Shown here in pieces: positions 1-11,529 of a stretch of 64,000 nt of DNA. The stretch covers positions 32,001 through 96,000 of the forward strand of contig CAWBHS010000027.1 in assembly GCA_963788655.1 (NCBI GenBank). Direction: 5' to 3'. The notes below the pieces were generated by a model. The model was not told the DNA's origin, searched no databases, and was given only the letters and a program-made list of their open reading frames with translations. Every line of letters starts with the position of its first letter. The stretch's first letter is position 1. The translations under genes were made by a program, and so were the position numbers. Source of the stretch: an uncultured Verrucomicrobiae bacterium (GTDB taxonomy: Bacteria > Verrucomicrobiota > Verrucomicrobiia > Limisphaerales > JAFGQR01).

Positions 1-70
1 AGTTTCCCGTGGAGGGCAGACCTTTTTGCCGCCCTTGCTTGGAGCCGCTCCCTTCAATACGATCCCGGCC

Positions 71-2902
71 ATGAAACGACTTCTCACGGTGCTCACCATT
101 GTTGCCGCGTTCGCCGGGAACGCGCGCGCGGCCACACCCAATCGTTGGAGAGCGGTCCTCTCACCCGCAGGCAGTGTGCGGCTGGAGCGCGACGGTAAGG
201 AACTGGGCACGATGCGGCCCGGGCTGTTCGAGGTGCCTTGGCGATTCGCGAGCCTCAACGCCGGCAAGCCCGGGGCCGCCGCCAGTGACGGGGTGTATCG
301 CGGCCAGATTAACGCACCCAGCGGCCCATCCGTGGACACGGAGTTGCGCACGACCAGTCAAGCAGCGGGTGGACGGTTCGAATATCGACTGACGCCGCAG
401 CGCGAATTGAAACTAAACAGCCTGAATGTCACGCTGACTCTGCCTTCCGCAGCCTGGACGGGCGGAAAACTTTCCGCGGATGGCAAGGAGATCATGTTCC
501 CGTCGCAGCTCAAGGACATGCAACTGTGGTCCGCACCGACCAAGTCGCTGCAAATTGCCACGCCAGACGGTGCGGCACTACGACTCGATTTTGCCGAACC
601 GGCCCTCGTGCTGGTGCAGGACGACCGCCAGTGGGGCGAAACGTTTTCGGTGCGGATGGAATCGGTGAAGGCTCCGGAAACCTGGCCGGCAGGCCGCACG
701 ATGGCATTGACTTTCACGCTGAACGCACCCGACGGCGTGACGATCGAAGAAGACGGACCGGTAACCATTCGCGCCGGCGATGAATGGCTGCCGCTGGAGG
801 CGAGCCTCGATATCGAGCCGGGGTCGGCCCTGGACTTCAGCAGCCTCGTTCCGCGTCATGCACTCGCGGGTCAATTCGGCCGTGTCATTGTCAATTCACA
901 GGGCAAGTTCGCGTTCGAGCGCCGTGCGCAAACTGCTGCGCGCTTCTACGGCGTTAACCTCTGTTTCTCGGCACAATATCTCCCGCACGAACCGGCCGAT
1001 CGGCTGGCTGAGCGATTGGCCCGCCTCGGCTACAACGCGGTGCGGATTCACCATTACGAAAGCGAACTGGTTGAGCGCGGGCCGGGAAACGCGGGTCAAT
1101 TGAAACCAGACAAGCTGGACCAGTTCGACTATTTGTTCGCCGCGCTCAAGCGGCACGGCATTTACGTCACCACCGACTTGTTCGTGTCGCGGCCGGTCGC
1201 CCTGGCCGACATTTACGACGGCGAGTCGGGCAACATCGGGATGGATGAGTTCAAGATGGCGGTTCATGTCAATGAACGTGCGTTCGAGAACTACCAGACG
1301 TTTGCCCGCGCCCTGCTCGGCCATGAGAATCCTTACACCAAACTCCGCTACGCCGATGACCCGGCGCTGGCGTGGCTCAGTCTGGTGAACGAAGATTGCC
1401 CCGGCAACTTCATCGCCCGCCTCAAGGGCAAACTCCGTGACGACTGGCAGCGTGCATGGAATCGCTGGCTCGTAGCGCATTATCCCGACCGTACCGAATT
1501 GGCCCGCGCGCTCGGCAATCTGCGCGACGGCCAAGACCCAAAGAAAAACACCGTGCCGCTGCAAAACACTTATGGCCGCGAGCCAAGCACCGTCGTGTTC
1601 AACGTTTTTCTCGCTGAAGTTGAGCGTGATTTCTTCGAGCGCACGCGCAAATTCCTGCGCGATGAGCTGAACTGCCAGGCGTTGCTGACCGATTGCAACG
1701 CCTGGAGCAACCCCGTCCAGATGCAGGCGGTGCGCGGCGCGTTCGATTACGTGGACGACCATTTCTATGTGGACCATCCGCAATTCATCGAGCGCCCGTG
1801 GTCGTTGCCGTCGCGCTGTCCCAACACCAGCCCGATTGCCGAGGGCGCGCGCGGCGGACGCGGTTGCGCGTTCACCCGATTGTTTGGCAAACCGTTCACG
1901 ATCACCGAATTCAACTACGCCTCGCCCGGACGCTTCCGCGGCGTCGGCGGCATCCTCACCGGAGCGCTCGGCGCGTTGCAGGATTGGGACGGGCTGTGGC
2001 GATTCGCCTACAGCCACAGCCGTGATAACGTCGCCCGACCCGGGGCGATGAACTACTTCGATGTTGCCAGCGATCCCTTGAACCAGGCGGCCGAGCGCGC
2101 GAGCCTCTGCCTGTTTCTCCGTGGCGACATCCAACCAGCCAAACACGCCGTTGCCCTCGTCGCTACCACGGAGGAATTGCTGGGTTCGCCGAAAACCTCC
2201 CGTGACAAAACGCCATCGTGGCAAGGTCTGGCGTGGCTCACGCGTGTTGGTTGGGTCATTGGAAAGGACGAAAAACTCAGTCCGGATGTGCTCGCGCTTC
2301 CCTTTGCCGATGGCCAAGTCATGAATGGCGACCAAACCATTCTCAAAGCCCTGCAGAGCCGGCGCTGGTTGCCGGAGAATAGTGCCACGCAATTTGGACA
2401 GAACCGATTCCAGAGTGAGAACGGCGAAGTCACGATTGACGCTCCGAAAAACATCCTCACCCTCGATACGCCGCTGACCGCCGGCGGCTTTGCGCCCGCT
2501 GGACAGAAAATCGAGACGCGCGCTGCGCGCATCGAAGTGCTCGACACGGACGCGACCGTCTGGGTCAGCAGTCTCGACGGCAAGCCCATCGCTACAAGCC
2601 AACGGCTGCTGATCACGCACCTCACCGATCTGCAGAACAGCGACACCCGCTATGGCGACCGCGCGCGCCAGGTGCTGCTGGCATGGGGTCATCTGCCACA
2701 ACTCGTCCGTGCCGGTCGGGCCGTCGTTGCGCTTCACCTCGCCAACGCCAATCGAGCGAAGGTCTATTCCCTCGCCCTCACCGGCAAGCGCCTCGGCGAA
2801 GTCGCGACCGACGTCGGCGATGACGGCACATTTTCAATTCCGCTTTCCGTCGCCGCGGATGGCAAAGCCCGAATGCTTTACGAGGTGGAAATTCGCAACT
2901 GA
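71..2902 (+). CDS. Secreted clan GH-A (GH5-like) glycoside hydrolase with N-terminal beta-sandwich region
   Basis: Signal peptide MKRLLTVL..ARA from ATG 71; RFYGVNL, GYNAVRIHH, acid/base LVNE, DDHFY, nucleophile-like FTITEFN. Confidence 0.7.
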   Translation: MKRLLTVLTIVAAFAGNARAATPNRWRAVLSPAGSVRLERDGKELGTMRPGLFEVPWRFASLNAGKPGAAASDGVYRGQINAPSGPSVDTELRTTSQAAGGRFEYRLTPQRELKLNSLNVTLTLPSAAWTGGKLSADGKEIMFPSQLKDMQLWSAPTKSLQIATPDGAALRLDFAEPALVLVQDDRQWGETFSVRMESVKAPETWPAGRTMALTFTLNAPDGVTIEEDGPVTIRAGDEWLPLEASLDIEPGSALDFSSLVPRHALAGQFGRVIVNSQGKFAFERRAQTAARFYGVNLCFSAQYLPHEPADRLAERLARLGYNAVRIHHYESELVERGPGNAGQLKPDKLDQFDYLFAALKRHGIYVTTDLFVSRPVALADIYDGESGNIGMDEFKMAVHVNERAFENYQTFARALLGHENPYTKLRYADDPALAWLSLVNEDCPGNFIARLKGKLRDDWQRAWNRWLVAHYPDRTELARALGNLRDGQDPKKNTVPLQNTYGREPSTVVFNVFLAEVERDFFERTRKFLRDELNCQALLTDCNAWSNPVQMQAVRGAFDYVDDHFYVDHPQFIERPWSLPSRCPNTSPIAEGARGGRGCAFTRLFGKPFTITEFNYASPGRFRGVGGILTGALGALQDWDGLWRFAYSHSRDNVARPGAMNYFDVASDPLNQAAERASLCLFLRGDIQPAKHAVALVATTEELLGSPKTSRDKTPSWQGLAWLTRVGWVIGKDEKLSPDVLALPFADGQVMNGDQTILKALQSRRWLPENSATQFGQNRFQSENGEVTIDAPKNILTLDTPLTAGGFAPAGQKIETRAARIEVLDTDATVWVSSLDGKPIATSQRLLITHLTDLQNSDTRYGDRARQVLLAWGHLPQLVRAGRAVVALHLANANRAKVYSLALTGKRLGEVATDVGDDGTFSIPLSVAADGKARMLYEVEIRN

Positions 2903-3009
2903 ATTCGCCGCTGGCCAGCCGCATGAGCTTGGCGCCGGAGCGCATGGGGAAGCGAGCAAAGGCTTCGGAGAGATGCCAGTGGCTAAGAAGAAGCAATCGA
3001 TGGGGCAGA

Positions 3010-3468
3010 CTACGGCGGGAGGAAAACCGAAGTGTATCCTGCGACCAGCGCAAACTGGTGTTGCTGGCGATCGGAGGTCACGAAATGGTCGAAGCCAAAT
3101 TCCATTATCGCCACATGCAGCAGGTCGGCGGTGCGAACAGGTTGGGTGAGGCCGTGTTTCCGGGAGAGTTCTGCGACAGCGTCAAACACTTCGTCGTAGT
3201 CCACATCGAGAAAACCAAGCTGGCCCGTTTGGAGATGTTGCTCAAAAAACGCCAGACCTGCTTGATACTGCGCCGGCGTCAACAGCGGTTGGCCGGAGAC
3301 ATCGCGCAGCCACGTTTTCCGCCGCACGACATGGAGGATTTCAATCTCGTTGAATCGCGACAACAAAGCCGGCGGTTCGTACTGCTGAAGCAAGGTGAAA
3401 GCCGCTGGCGAGTTAGGTTCGGGCCAGTAGAGTTTGAAGAGAAATCCGCTGTCGAAGTACGCCCTCAA
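3010..3468 (-). CDS. vapC: PIN-domain toxin (VapC family)
   Basis: AYFDSG..KLY..EP, RTADLLHVA, FVTSDRQQ acidic PIN motifs; overlaps the antitoxin stop codon. Confidence 0.85.
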   Translation of the reverse strand: MRAYFDSGFLFKLYWPEPNSPAAFTLLQQYEPPALLSRFNEIEILHVVRRKTWLRDVSGQPLLTPAQYQAGLAFFEQHLQTGQLGFLDVDYDEVFDAVAELSRKHGLTQPVRTADLLHVAIMEFGFDHFVTSDRQQHQFALVAGYTSVFLPP

Positions 3469-3725
3469 AACCGGTCTTCCTTGTCCTGGCCAAGTAATTC
3501 CGTGGCGGTGGGGCCTTGCGCTGGGCCGTTCGGGAAATGCAGTTTCCAGTGCGCTGGGTAGTCAGGCCATCGGGCGGCACGAGGGCGGTTTCCACCTTTG
3601 CGTGGCGCCTGGAGCACAACCCATGGCCGACCATCGTGGGTCACGAGGATGCTCTCGCCGGCACTGGCCATCTCGGCAAACTTCCCGAAATGCTGCTCAG
3701 CCTCTTGCGCAGTGATCGTCTTCAC
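3465..3725 (-). CDS. Phd/YefM-family antitoxin
   Basis: GTG start at 3725; KTITAQEAEQHFGKFAEMASAGESILVTHDGRP is a typical Phd N-terminus; 4-bp overlap with the PIN gene. Confidence 0.8.
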   Translation of the reverse strand: MKTITAQEAEQHFGKFAEMASAGESILVTHDGRPWVVLQAPRKGGNRPRAARWPDYPAHWKLHFPNGPAQGPTATELLGQDKEDRF

Positions 3726-3759
3726 AAAAGCAGAATCGTCTTGCGGGGTTGGATTGTAA

Positions 3760-4030
3760 AGACTCGGATTGTGTAGCGGAAGCCTATCCCACCACCCTGC
3801 TCCGGACTCCCTCGTTGCCACCAATTGTAATGGGGAAACCCTTCGCTCTGGTTTGCGGCCAGGTCCATCAACTCCACATCGTCGAAGAACAGCCAAAACA
3901 GCCGGCCTTCGGCCAGCGTCGTCATCCCGAAACTGAGCGTCGCGCCGACCACTCCGTCCGGAGCCATGTCGGGCAGGACCATGTCTCAGCCACGAGAATC
4001 GGTCATCATCGGCACAATCTCTATCGATTA
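3760..4030 (-). pseudogene. Remnant of a carbohydrate-binding beta-sandwich gene
   Basis: Short fragment APDGVVGATLSFG..LFFDDVELMDL with an in-frame stop just upstream. Confidence 0.3.
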
Positions 4031-4289
4031 CGCGCGCGACACGCAGCGCGCAATGAGCGGGTTACGAGCGTTGATCTGTATTTCCGCTCGGCACTGGCAG
4101 ACCATGGCACATGTCAGGTTGGAATTTAGAGTCAAGAGGGTTCGCATTACCAAACGAAGGCACGGCAAATCTTGAACCGGCAGCAGTAGGTAGTTACGCT
4201 CTGCCAAGTAATTCACTGATGCGTGTCGGCCTGAAGCTCGTTTTGTAGAGTTTTCCGTCGGCGCTCCAATGTTCAAAGTCTGTATGAAA

Positions 4290-7200
4290 ATGTCAGCCAA
4301 CGTCCAACAGCCAACTTACGAACCGGCCGTTATTCCGCTCTTTGGCCAGTCAATCCGGAATTCTGCCGAAAGTTGCACCAGCGCAAACTGGCTTTGGAGA
4401 GACGGTTCGGTGGTTCCCCGGGGGTTGGGCTTTTTGGCGATCCTGTGGATGGCTTTGGTGGCGCCGGACGTCGCCCAGGGCAGCCCCGCGGCAGCCATCC
4501 CTAATCTCGAGGTTCTCCAGGGCGCGTTCGGCGACGAAGACGCCGCCGCATTTCGCGAACCTTCCCGGGTTTTTCACCCTGAAACTTGGTTTCACTTCAT
4601 CGGCGGGAACGTCGCCACGCAAGGCATCACCGCGGACCTGGAGGCAATCGCCGGCGCCGGGATCGAGGGCGTTCAACTGTTTCACGGGCAGTTCGGCGGA
4701 CCCTGGCCGGGCGTCGCGCCGCAAATCAAGTGTCTGAGCGAGCCGTGGAACGGAGCAGTACGCCACGCAGCAGAAGAGTGCCGGCGGCTTGGTCTGCGCT
4801 TCACGATGCAGAATTGCCCGGGCTGGGCAATGGCGGGCGGGCCGTGGATCACGCCGGACAAGGCGATGCGGCATCTGGTGTGGAGCCGCAGTGACGTGCC
4901 CGGCGGCAGCAACGTGAACATCGCCCTGCCACAACCGCAGCCGAGCCGCGAGGCGTGGCGCGATTACCGCGAGGTCGCGGTAGTGGCCTTCCCAACACCG
5001 GACGGAGACACGGGCAAAGCGCTGGTGCCCGTGTCAGTGAAAAGCAACCGGGACGATTTGCCTTGGGAAAAATGCCTGCGCAATGAACAGGACGGGAAAA
5101 TTGTTCTCGAACCGAGTAAGGAGCCGGTCTGGGTGGAAGTCACTTTCAAGGACGCGGTGACGCTCCGGACGGTCGAGTTTCCGTCGGTCCAGGGCTTCAA
5201 TCATCAATGGTGCTATGTCCCCGGCGTGACGGTCACGGTGCAGGCGGTGTTGCCGGAGGGAATGCGCGAAGTCGCACGTCACGAGATGCCGGAGAGCAAT
5301 TGGCAAGACAACAAACCGATCTCGCTGGCGTGTTCGGAAGTGCCGGCCAGGACTTACCGCATCATCATTGATAACCAGCACACCATGAGCTTGCCCTACC
5401 TCCAGCTTTTCACGGTTGCGCGGAAGAATAATTGGGAAGCCGAGGCAGCGTTCACCCTGCGCGGCTTGGATCGCGCGCCGCACCCACGGCAGGCGATGTC
5501 GGCATGGATCGATCCCGCGCGGATCGTGGATCTGACGGAGAAGATGGATGCCGGGGAACGCTTGCGCTGGAAAGCGCCGGCCGGCCACTGGACGGTGCTG
5601 CGTTGGGGTCACGTGAACACCGGCAGACGCAACGGGCCGGCGCCACCCGAGGCGACGGGTTGGGAGTGCGACAAACTCTCCCCGGTCGGTGCCGACACGC
5701 ACTTCGCCGGATACATCGGAAGGCTCTCGGCCAAGAACGGACCGGTTGGCGGCGGGCTGATGCAAGGCATGGTGCTCGACAGTTGGGAATGCGAGACGCA
5801 GACATGGACGCCGGGCATGGATGGGCAATTCGCGCGGTTGCGCGGTTATCCGCTACGGGCGTGGTTCCCGGCGCTGGCGGGATATGTCGTCGGTGATCCC
5901 GAAACCACTGACGCGTTTCCTGCGCGACTGGCGGGCGACGGTGAACGATCTGCTGGTCGAGAATTTCTTCGGGCGCATGGCAGCGTTGGGGCACAAGAAC
6001 GGCTTGGCGATCTCGTTTGAAACAGCCTCGGGAGACGTGTTCCCCGGCGACATCCTCGAGTATTACAAATACGCCGACGTGCCGATGTGCGAGTTCTGGC
6101 AACCGAGGACCGAAGCCTTCGTCGGCAGCTTCGAGTTCAAACCAGTCAAGCCGTGCGTGTCCGCGGCGCGGATGTACGGCAAGCCACGCGTGGCGGCCGA
6201 GTCCTTCACGTCGTTCAACCTGACGTGGAACGAACATCCCGGCATGTTGAAGCACATCGCGGATATCCACTTCGCCGAAGGCGTCACTCACTTGGTATTC
6301 CACACCTACACCCACAACCCGCGCACGGATTGGCTGCCGCCGGGCACGGCGTTCGGTTCGGGGATCGGCACGCCGTTCCTGCGCGGTCAAACCTGGTGGC
6401 GGACGATGCCGGAGTTTACGACGTATCTGGCCCGGTGTAGCTATTTGCTGGAGCGCGGTCGCCCAGTGTCGGACGTGCTTTGGTATTTGGGCGACGAGCA
6501 GGATCACAAGCCGCCTCAGAATGCGCTTTTTCCCGCCGGATTCCGTTATGACTACTGCAATCCGGATGTCCTGCTCCATCGTTTGTCGGTGATTGATGGC
6601 AAGATCGTCACGCCGGAAGGCTTGCGCTATCGCGTGCTGTGGTTGCGCGATTGTCCCCGCATGTTGCCGGAGACGCTCGAACGGATGTTATCGCTCGTGA
6701 AGCAAGGGGCAGTGCTGGTCGGCGAGCGACCGCAGGGCTTGGCCACTCTGAGCGGCGGGGCTCGTTCTGAGAAACGGTTTCGCAGTGCTGTCAAGGCGCT
6801 TTGGGGCCGCGATGCGGCTGTGAACGGGTTACGGCAGGTGGGGAAAGGAAGTGTGATCGCCGGGATATCTCTGGGCGACGCGCTGGCAAAACTCGGCCTC
6901 GAACCCGATGTCGAAGGCGATGGCGTGGTCTGGACGCACCGGCAAACGGAGGGCGCCGACTGGTACTTCGTGGCGGCTTCGTCACCACAAGGTTTTCGCG
7001 GCACGCTCCGGTTCCACGCCGTCGGCGCGGTCGAATTGTGGAATCCGCTCACGGGCACGGCGACATCCGCCGGGGTGGTGCGACGGGATGCAGACACGAG
7101 CTTGGTCGCGCTGGAACTTCCGCCGTCCGGATCGGTCTTCGTCGTGTTCCGGGGCGCCGGCCAGACGACCTCGAACCACGTCGTCCGGCTCGAACACGAT

Positions 7201-8121
7201 GGCGCGACCGTGGCGGACGCGCAGGCGACGCGTAAAGTGGCGAGTGGTCTGCAGGTGGTTTCCGCCAGCTACGGTGATCCCGCAAATCCCGCGCGGCGGA
7301 TGGATGTGACCGACCTTGTCCGCCAGGACTTGTCGCGTGGCCTGACCACGATCGCCGCCAACAATGACTGGGCCGGCGGCGATCCGGCCTTGAAGACAGT
7401 CAAGAAGCTGTGGGTCGTGATCCGACTACCAAACGGACAAGCGAAGCACCTCGAGGCCACCGAAGGCGAGACGCTGCCCGTCGTTGACCCGGCTCCCGCG
7501 CCGCGACCCGCGTGCGACATTTTGGACGGTGGCACCCGACTGCTAGCCTGGGAGTCGGGCGTTTACCGCGAGACCCGAGAGGACGGAACATCTTCTAAAT
7601 GGGAGACCCAGGCACCGAGAGTTGTCTCACTGACGGGACCTTGGACCCTGGCTTTCCCGGCTGGCTGGGGCGCGCCCGAATCACTGCGGGTGGGCAAACT
7701 AAAGTCTTGGACGGAGTTGAATCTTTCTCCCGAGGCGCGGGCGTTTTCCGGAACGGCAACGTACACCACCGAATTTACCTTGGACCCGCTTTCGAAGGAT
7801 TCGCGTATGGAACTTGACCTGGGGCGCGTGGAGGTCATCGCCAGCGTGCGTCTCAACGGCGAACCAGTCGGGACCGTTTGGACGCCGCCATACCGGCTGG
7901 ACGTAACCCGACTGGCGAAGCCCGGCGTCAACCGCCTCTCGGTGGAAGCAACCAGCACCTGGTTCAACCGACTGGTTTACGACGCGGGGCAGGACGAAAA
8001 AGCGCGTAAGACGTGGACCATCAGCGGTCCCGCCAAAGGCAGGGCTCTTCGACCCGCGGGCCTCTTGGGTCCGGTGACCGTGCGGATCGGCCAAACGCTG
8101 ACTACGCGCGACCGTCGATAG
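4290..8121 (+). CDS. GH106 alpha-L-rhamnosidase-like glycoside hydrolase (one frameshift near 5909; start uncertain)
   Basis: PETWFHFIGGN..GITADLEA, GWAMAGGPWITP, LDSWE, PMCEFW, VAAESFT, LDLGRVEVIASVRLNG; removing one base at GAAACCACTGACG joins ORFs 4269..6020 and 5821..8121. Confidence 0.85.
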
Positions 8122-8330
8122 ACGTTTTCCTGATAGGTTATAATCGTGAAACACGCTCGCACCCAAACCTGAGCTTCCCATAGTCTGTCCCTCTCGCTAA
8201 GTTGCCGCCGTGAAATTGACTAGAACCGAACGGGCGACAGTGAAAGCGGCAGCAATAGCGCGCGCCGCTCGCACCATCCTCCAATGAGCCTTCGCCATCC
8301 GACGCTTTCCCCGGCCCAGACTTTCCCGCT

Positions 8331-9833
8331 ATGTCCAATTCCCAAGTCCTGAAACTCCTTCGCGCGTATGAATCCCGCAACGTTACCTATATCGAACCGG
8401 ACGGTTCGTGGCCCATCGTGTGGGAACGCGCCCAAGGCGTCCAGGTGTGGGATGCCGACGGAAACAAGTATCTCGACCTGACCGCCGCATTTGGCGTGGC
8501 GGCGGCGGGCCATGCCAATCCCCGCGTGGTCCGCGCCGGCCAGCAACAAATGGGCAAACTCCTCCACGCGATGGGCGACGTACACCCGCACGCGCTCAAA
8601 GCGCAACTGGCACGCGAACTCAGCCGGTTGACGTTCGAACGCTGGGCGGCCCTCGAGCGCAAGGAGGCAAAATCCCAAACCCAGCCGGGCGCCAGCACGG
8701 GCAAGGTGATATTCGGCAACTCGGGCTTCGAAGCCGTGGAAGCCGCGTTGAAAACCGCCCTGCTAGAGACAGGCAAACCGGGCGTGATTGCTTTCGAAGG
8801 CGCGTATCATGGATTGGGCTACGGAGCGTTGAACGCCACGCACCGTTCCCTGTTCCGGGGCCCCTTTCAGACGCAACTTGGCAAGTTTGGTCACTTCGTG
8901 CCTTTCCCTGGTGGCGAATACGTCGCGGCGGACGGGCGCACTGTCACGTCCCCGGAAGTTACGTTAGAACGCATCCAATGGATGATCCGCCAATTGTTTC
9001 ATCAACATCCGATCGGCGCCATTTTGATGGAACCGGTCCAAGGACGCGGCGGCCTACGGGTGCCCCCACCGGAATTCCTGCCGGCGTTGCGCGAGTTGTG
9101 CGATGAACACGGCGCACTGTTGATTGCCGACGAAGTCTATACCGGGTTTGGGCGTACGGGACGCTGGTTTGCCTGCGAACATACCGGGACGGTGCCGGAC
9201 CTGATCTGCCTGGGCAAAGCCTTGACCGGCGGCTTTCCACTTTCAGCTTGTGTCGGCCGGGCTGATCTCATGGATCAAGCCTGGCCGCCGACGGCCGGCG
9301 AGGCCATTCACACCAGCACGTTCCTGGGGCATCCGGTGGGATGCGCCATGGCGCTGGCGCAACTCAAGGAGATCGAACGCAAAAAACTGGTCGATCGCAG
9401 CACCAGTCTGGGCAAACACCTGCTCGACCTGCTGGCCCATCTGAACGTGCCGCCATCTTCGCTCGAATTGTCCGCGCGAGGATTGGGATTGATGGTGGGC
9501 CTGGAACTTAAGCACCAGGACAGCACACCGGCGACTGACGTTGCGTTGCAGACCATCAAGGCGATGTTGCACCGCGGCTTCATCCTGCTGCCCGAAGGCG
9601 AAGATGCAAACGTGATCGGTTTCACACCACCGTTGACCATCACCGAACGGCAATTGGCCGGCGCCGTCCGTGCCTTGCAAGCGGTATTGGCGGACGACGG
9701 TTGGCCGGGACGTTCGCCCGCGGCGTCACGACGATCACGACGGCGGACGCCGGCACGCAGAACCAAGGCGGTTTCCCGGAAACGTCCGGCAACGTCCAAC
9801 CCGACGGAGCCGCTCCCGCCTATTTCCGCATGA
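8331..9833 (+). CDS. Class III PLP-dependent aminotransferase (acetylornithine/4-aminobutyrate type)
   Basis: DADGNKYLD, NSGFEAVEAALK, EPVQGRGG, DEVYTGFGRTG, DLICLGKALTGG (PLP lysine). Confidence 0.9.
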   Translation: MSNSQVLKLLRAYESRNVTYIEPDGSWPIVWERAQGVQVWDADGNKYLDLTAAFGVAAAGHANPRVVRAGQQQMGKLLHAMGDVHPHALKAQLARELSRLTFERWAALERKEAKSQTQPGASTGKVIFGNSGFEAVEAALKTALLETGKPGVIAFEGAYHGLGYGALNATHRSLFRGPFQTQLGKFGHFVPFPGGEYVAADGRTVTSPEVTLERIQWMIRQLFHQHPIGAILMEPVQGRGGLRVPPPEFLPALRELCDEHGALLIADEVYTGFGRTGRWFACEHTGTVPDLICLGKALTGGFPLSACVGRADLMDQAWPPTAGEAIHTSTFLGHPVGCAMALAQLKEIERKKLVDRSTSLGKHLLDLLAHLNVPPSSLELSARGLGLMVGLELKHQDSTPATDVALQTIKAMLHRGFILLPEGEDANVIGFTPPLTITERQLAGAVRALQAVLADDGWPGRSPAASRRSRRRTPARRTKAVSRKRPATSNPTEPLPPISA

Positions 9834-10651
9834 AGCTGTCGGAGATGAAGCAACTGCTGGTGGCCGGCCAGATTCAGTTGACCAAGTCTCTGGGCCAAAA
9901 TTTTTTGCATGACCTCAACCAACTGCGCCGCATCGTCGAAACGGCCGGGGTGACGCCAACGGATTGCGTGTTGGAGATTGGTCCGGGGCTGGGACCGCTG
10001 ACAGAGGTGCTCCTGGCGCGGGCGAAACACGTGCTGGCCATCGAAAAAGACCAGCGGTTGGTGGCGTTGCTCCGAAAACGATTCCGCGAGGCGCAGAATT
10101 TCACGTTGATCCATGCCGACGCGGTAGATTACCTGCAACAGAAGCCGCAGGATTGGCGCGAGTGGAAACTGGTCGCGAACCTGCCGTATTCGGCGGCAAC
10201 CTCCATCCTGACCACTCTCGTGACAACCGAGCACGGTCCCCGTTTGATGGTAGTTACCGTGCAATGGGAGGTGGCGCAGCGATTGACCGCCGCGGCGGGC
10301 GCGATGGATTACGGCGTGTTGACGCTGCTGGTGCAACTTCGATATGAGCCGCAAGGATGGTTCAAGATTCCCCGGCCGTGTTTTTTTCCCGAGCCGGAAG
10401 TGGATTCGGCCGTCATCACGTTGCGGCGCCGGACGCAACCGCTGTTGTCGCCCGCCGAAGCCATAACTTTTGAACGCATCGTGCGGCTGAGTTTTTCACA
10501 GCGAAGGAAGATGATGATGAAATTGCTCAAGACCGAATGGCCAACCGAGCAATTGGTCCACGAGTTTCAAACCGTTGAACTCTCGGAGCAAGCCCGCGCG
10601 GAACAGGTAAGCCTGCAGCAGTTTGTTGCCCTGGCGAAACGGTTGGCTTAG
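9830..10651 (+). CDS. rsmA: 16S rRNA adenine dimethyltransferase
   Basis: KSLGQNFL, VLEIGPGLGPLT, VANLPY, PEPEVDSAV, FSQRRK; ATGA overlap with the upstream gene. Confidence 0.95.
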   Translation: MKLSEMKQLLVAGQIQLTKSLGQNFLHDLNQLRRIVETAGVTPTDCVLEIGPGLGPLTEVLLARAKHVLAIEKDQRLVALLRKRFREAQNFTLIHADAVDYLQQKPQDWREWKLVANLPYSAATSILTTLVTTEHGPRLMVVTVQWEVAQRLTAAAGAMDYGVLTLLVQLRYEPQGWFKIPRPCFFPEPEVDSAVITLRRRTQPLLSPAEAITFERIVRLSFSQRRKMMMKLLKTEWPTEQLVHEFQTVELSEQARAEQVSLQQFVALAKRLA

Positions 10652-10721
10652 CGCAATCACGGAAGTCGGAGCCGACGCGATGAAGTTCTGACCTTATTAG
10701 TCTCTCGCACCCCGGGAACTC

Positions 10722-10799
10722 GGCGTAGCGGTGTCTCAGGAAAGCGCCGCATCTTGAGCAAAGAGAGTCTGCGGCACTCTGCCGAGACGCTGCTACGCC
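10722..10799. repeat. GTAG-ended REP doublet (inverted pair)
   Basis: GGCGTAGCGGTGTCTCAGGAAAGCGCCGCA ... TGCGGCACTCTGCCGAGACGCTGCTACGCC, imperfect inverted repeat. Confidence 0.75.
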
Positions 10800-10846
10800 T
10801 TATCCCCACTTAACCACCAAAGCTGGCCACCGTCCGTCAGGCTTCA

Positions 10847-10902
10847 GTTTCGTTCCTTTGAATTTCGGACTTCATTCGGATCTCGGATTTCAGATTTTGG
10901 GT
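10847..10902. repeat. Degenerate heptamer tandem repeat (ATTTCGG/TTCGGAT type)
   Basis: ATTTCGGACTTCATTCGGATCTCGGATTTCAGATTTTGG. Confidence 0.6.
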
Positions 10903-10981
10903 TGGTCCCAGCTCGACCGCGCGGGACACCAGAATGGTCGTGACCTATGGTCAGGCCCCGCGAATACTGGCCGGCGACTGA

Positions 10982-11494
10982 ATGAACGAAGAAATCTTTG
11001 ATGTCGTCAATGAACGCGACGAAGTGATCGGCCAGCAAACCCGCCGCGAAGTGCATCGCTTGGGCCTCAAGCATCGGGCGGTTCATATTTTGGTGTTTAA
11101 CCGCAACGGCGACCTCTTTCTGCAAAAGCGTTCGATGCAGAAAGACAATCATCCCGGTGTTTGGGATTCGTCCGCCTCCGGCCATGTGGACGCGGGAGAA
11201 GACTATGACGCCGCCGCAATTCGGGAATTGCGGGAGGAGCTGGGAGTGCAGGTGCCGGCCCCACTCGAACGGTTATTCAAAATTGATTCCTGCGAGGCGA
11301 CCGGCCGCGAATTTGTTTGGGTTTACCGCTGGGCCGCGGAAGGTCCGTTGGTGCTCCACCCCGAGGAAATCGAGCGGGGCGAATGGTTCAGTCCGAACAA
11401 CGTCAGCCATTGGCTGGCCGAGCGGCCCCAGGATTTTGCCCCGGCATTTCCAGTAATTTGGAAGCGGCTACAAGCCAGGCTGGCAAGCCCTTGA
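10982..11494 (+). CDS. NUDIX hydrolase (YfcD/IPP isomerase-like)
   Basis: HRAVHILVFN..LQKRS..KD..PG.WD; Nudix box GHVDAGEDYDAAAIRELREELG. Confidence 0.9.
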   Translation: MNEEIFDVVNERDEVIGQQTRREVHRLGLKHRAVHILVFNRNGDLFLQKRSMQKDNHPGVWDSSASGHVDAGEDYDAAAIRELREELGVQVPAPLERLFKIDSCEATGREFVWVYRWAAEGPLVLHPEEIERGEWFSPNNVSHWLAERPQDFAPAFPVIWKRLQARLASP

Positions 11495-11529
11495 TCGCAT
11501 CCGCTTGCACAATTGGTTCCTGGAGGCGC

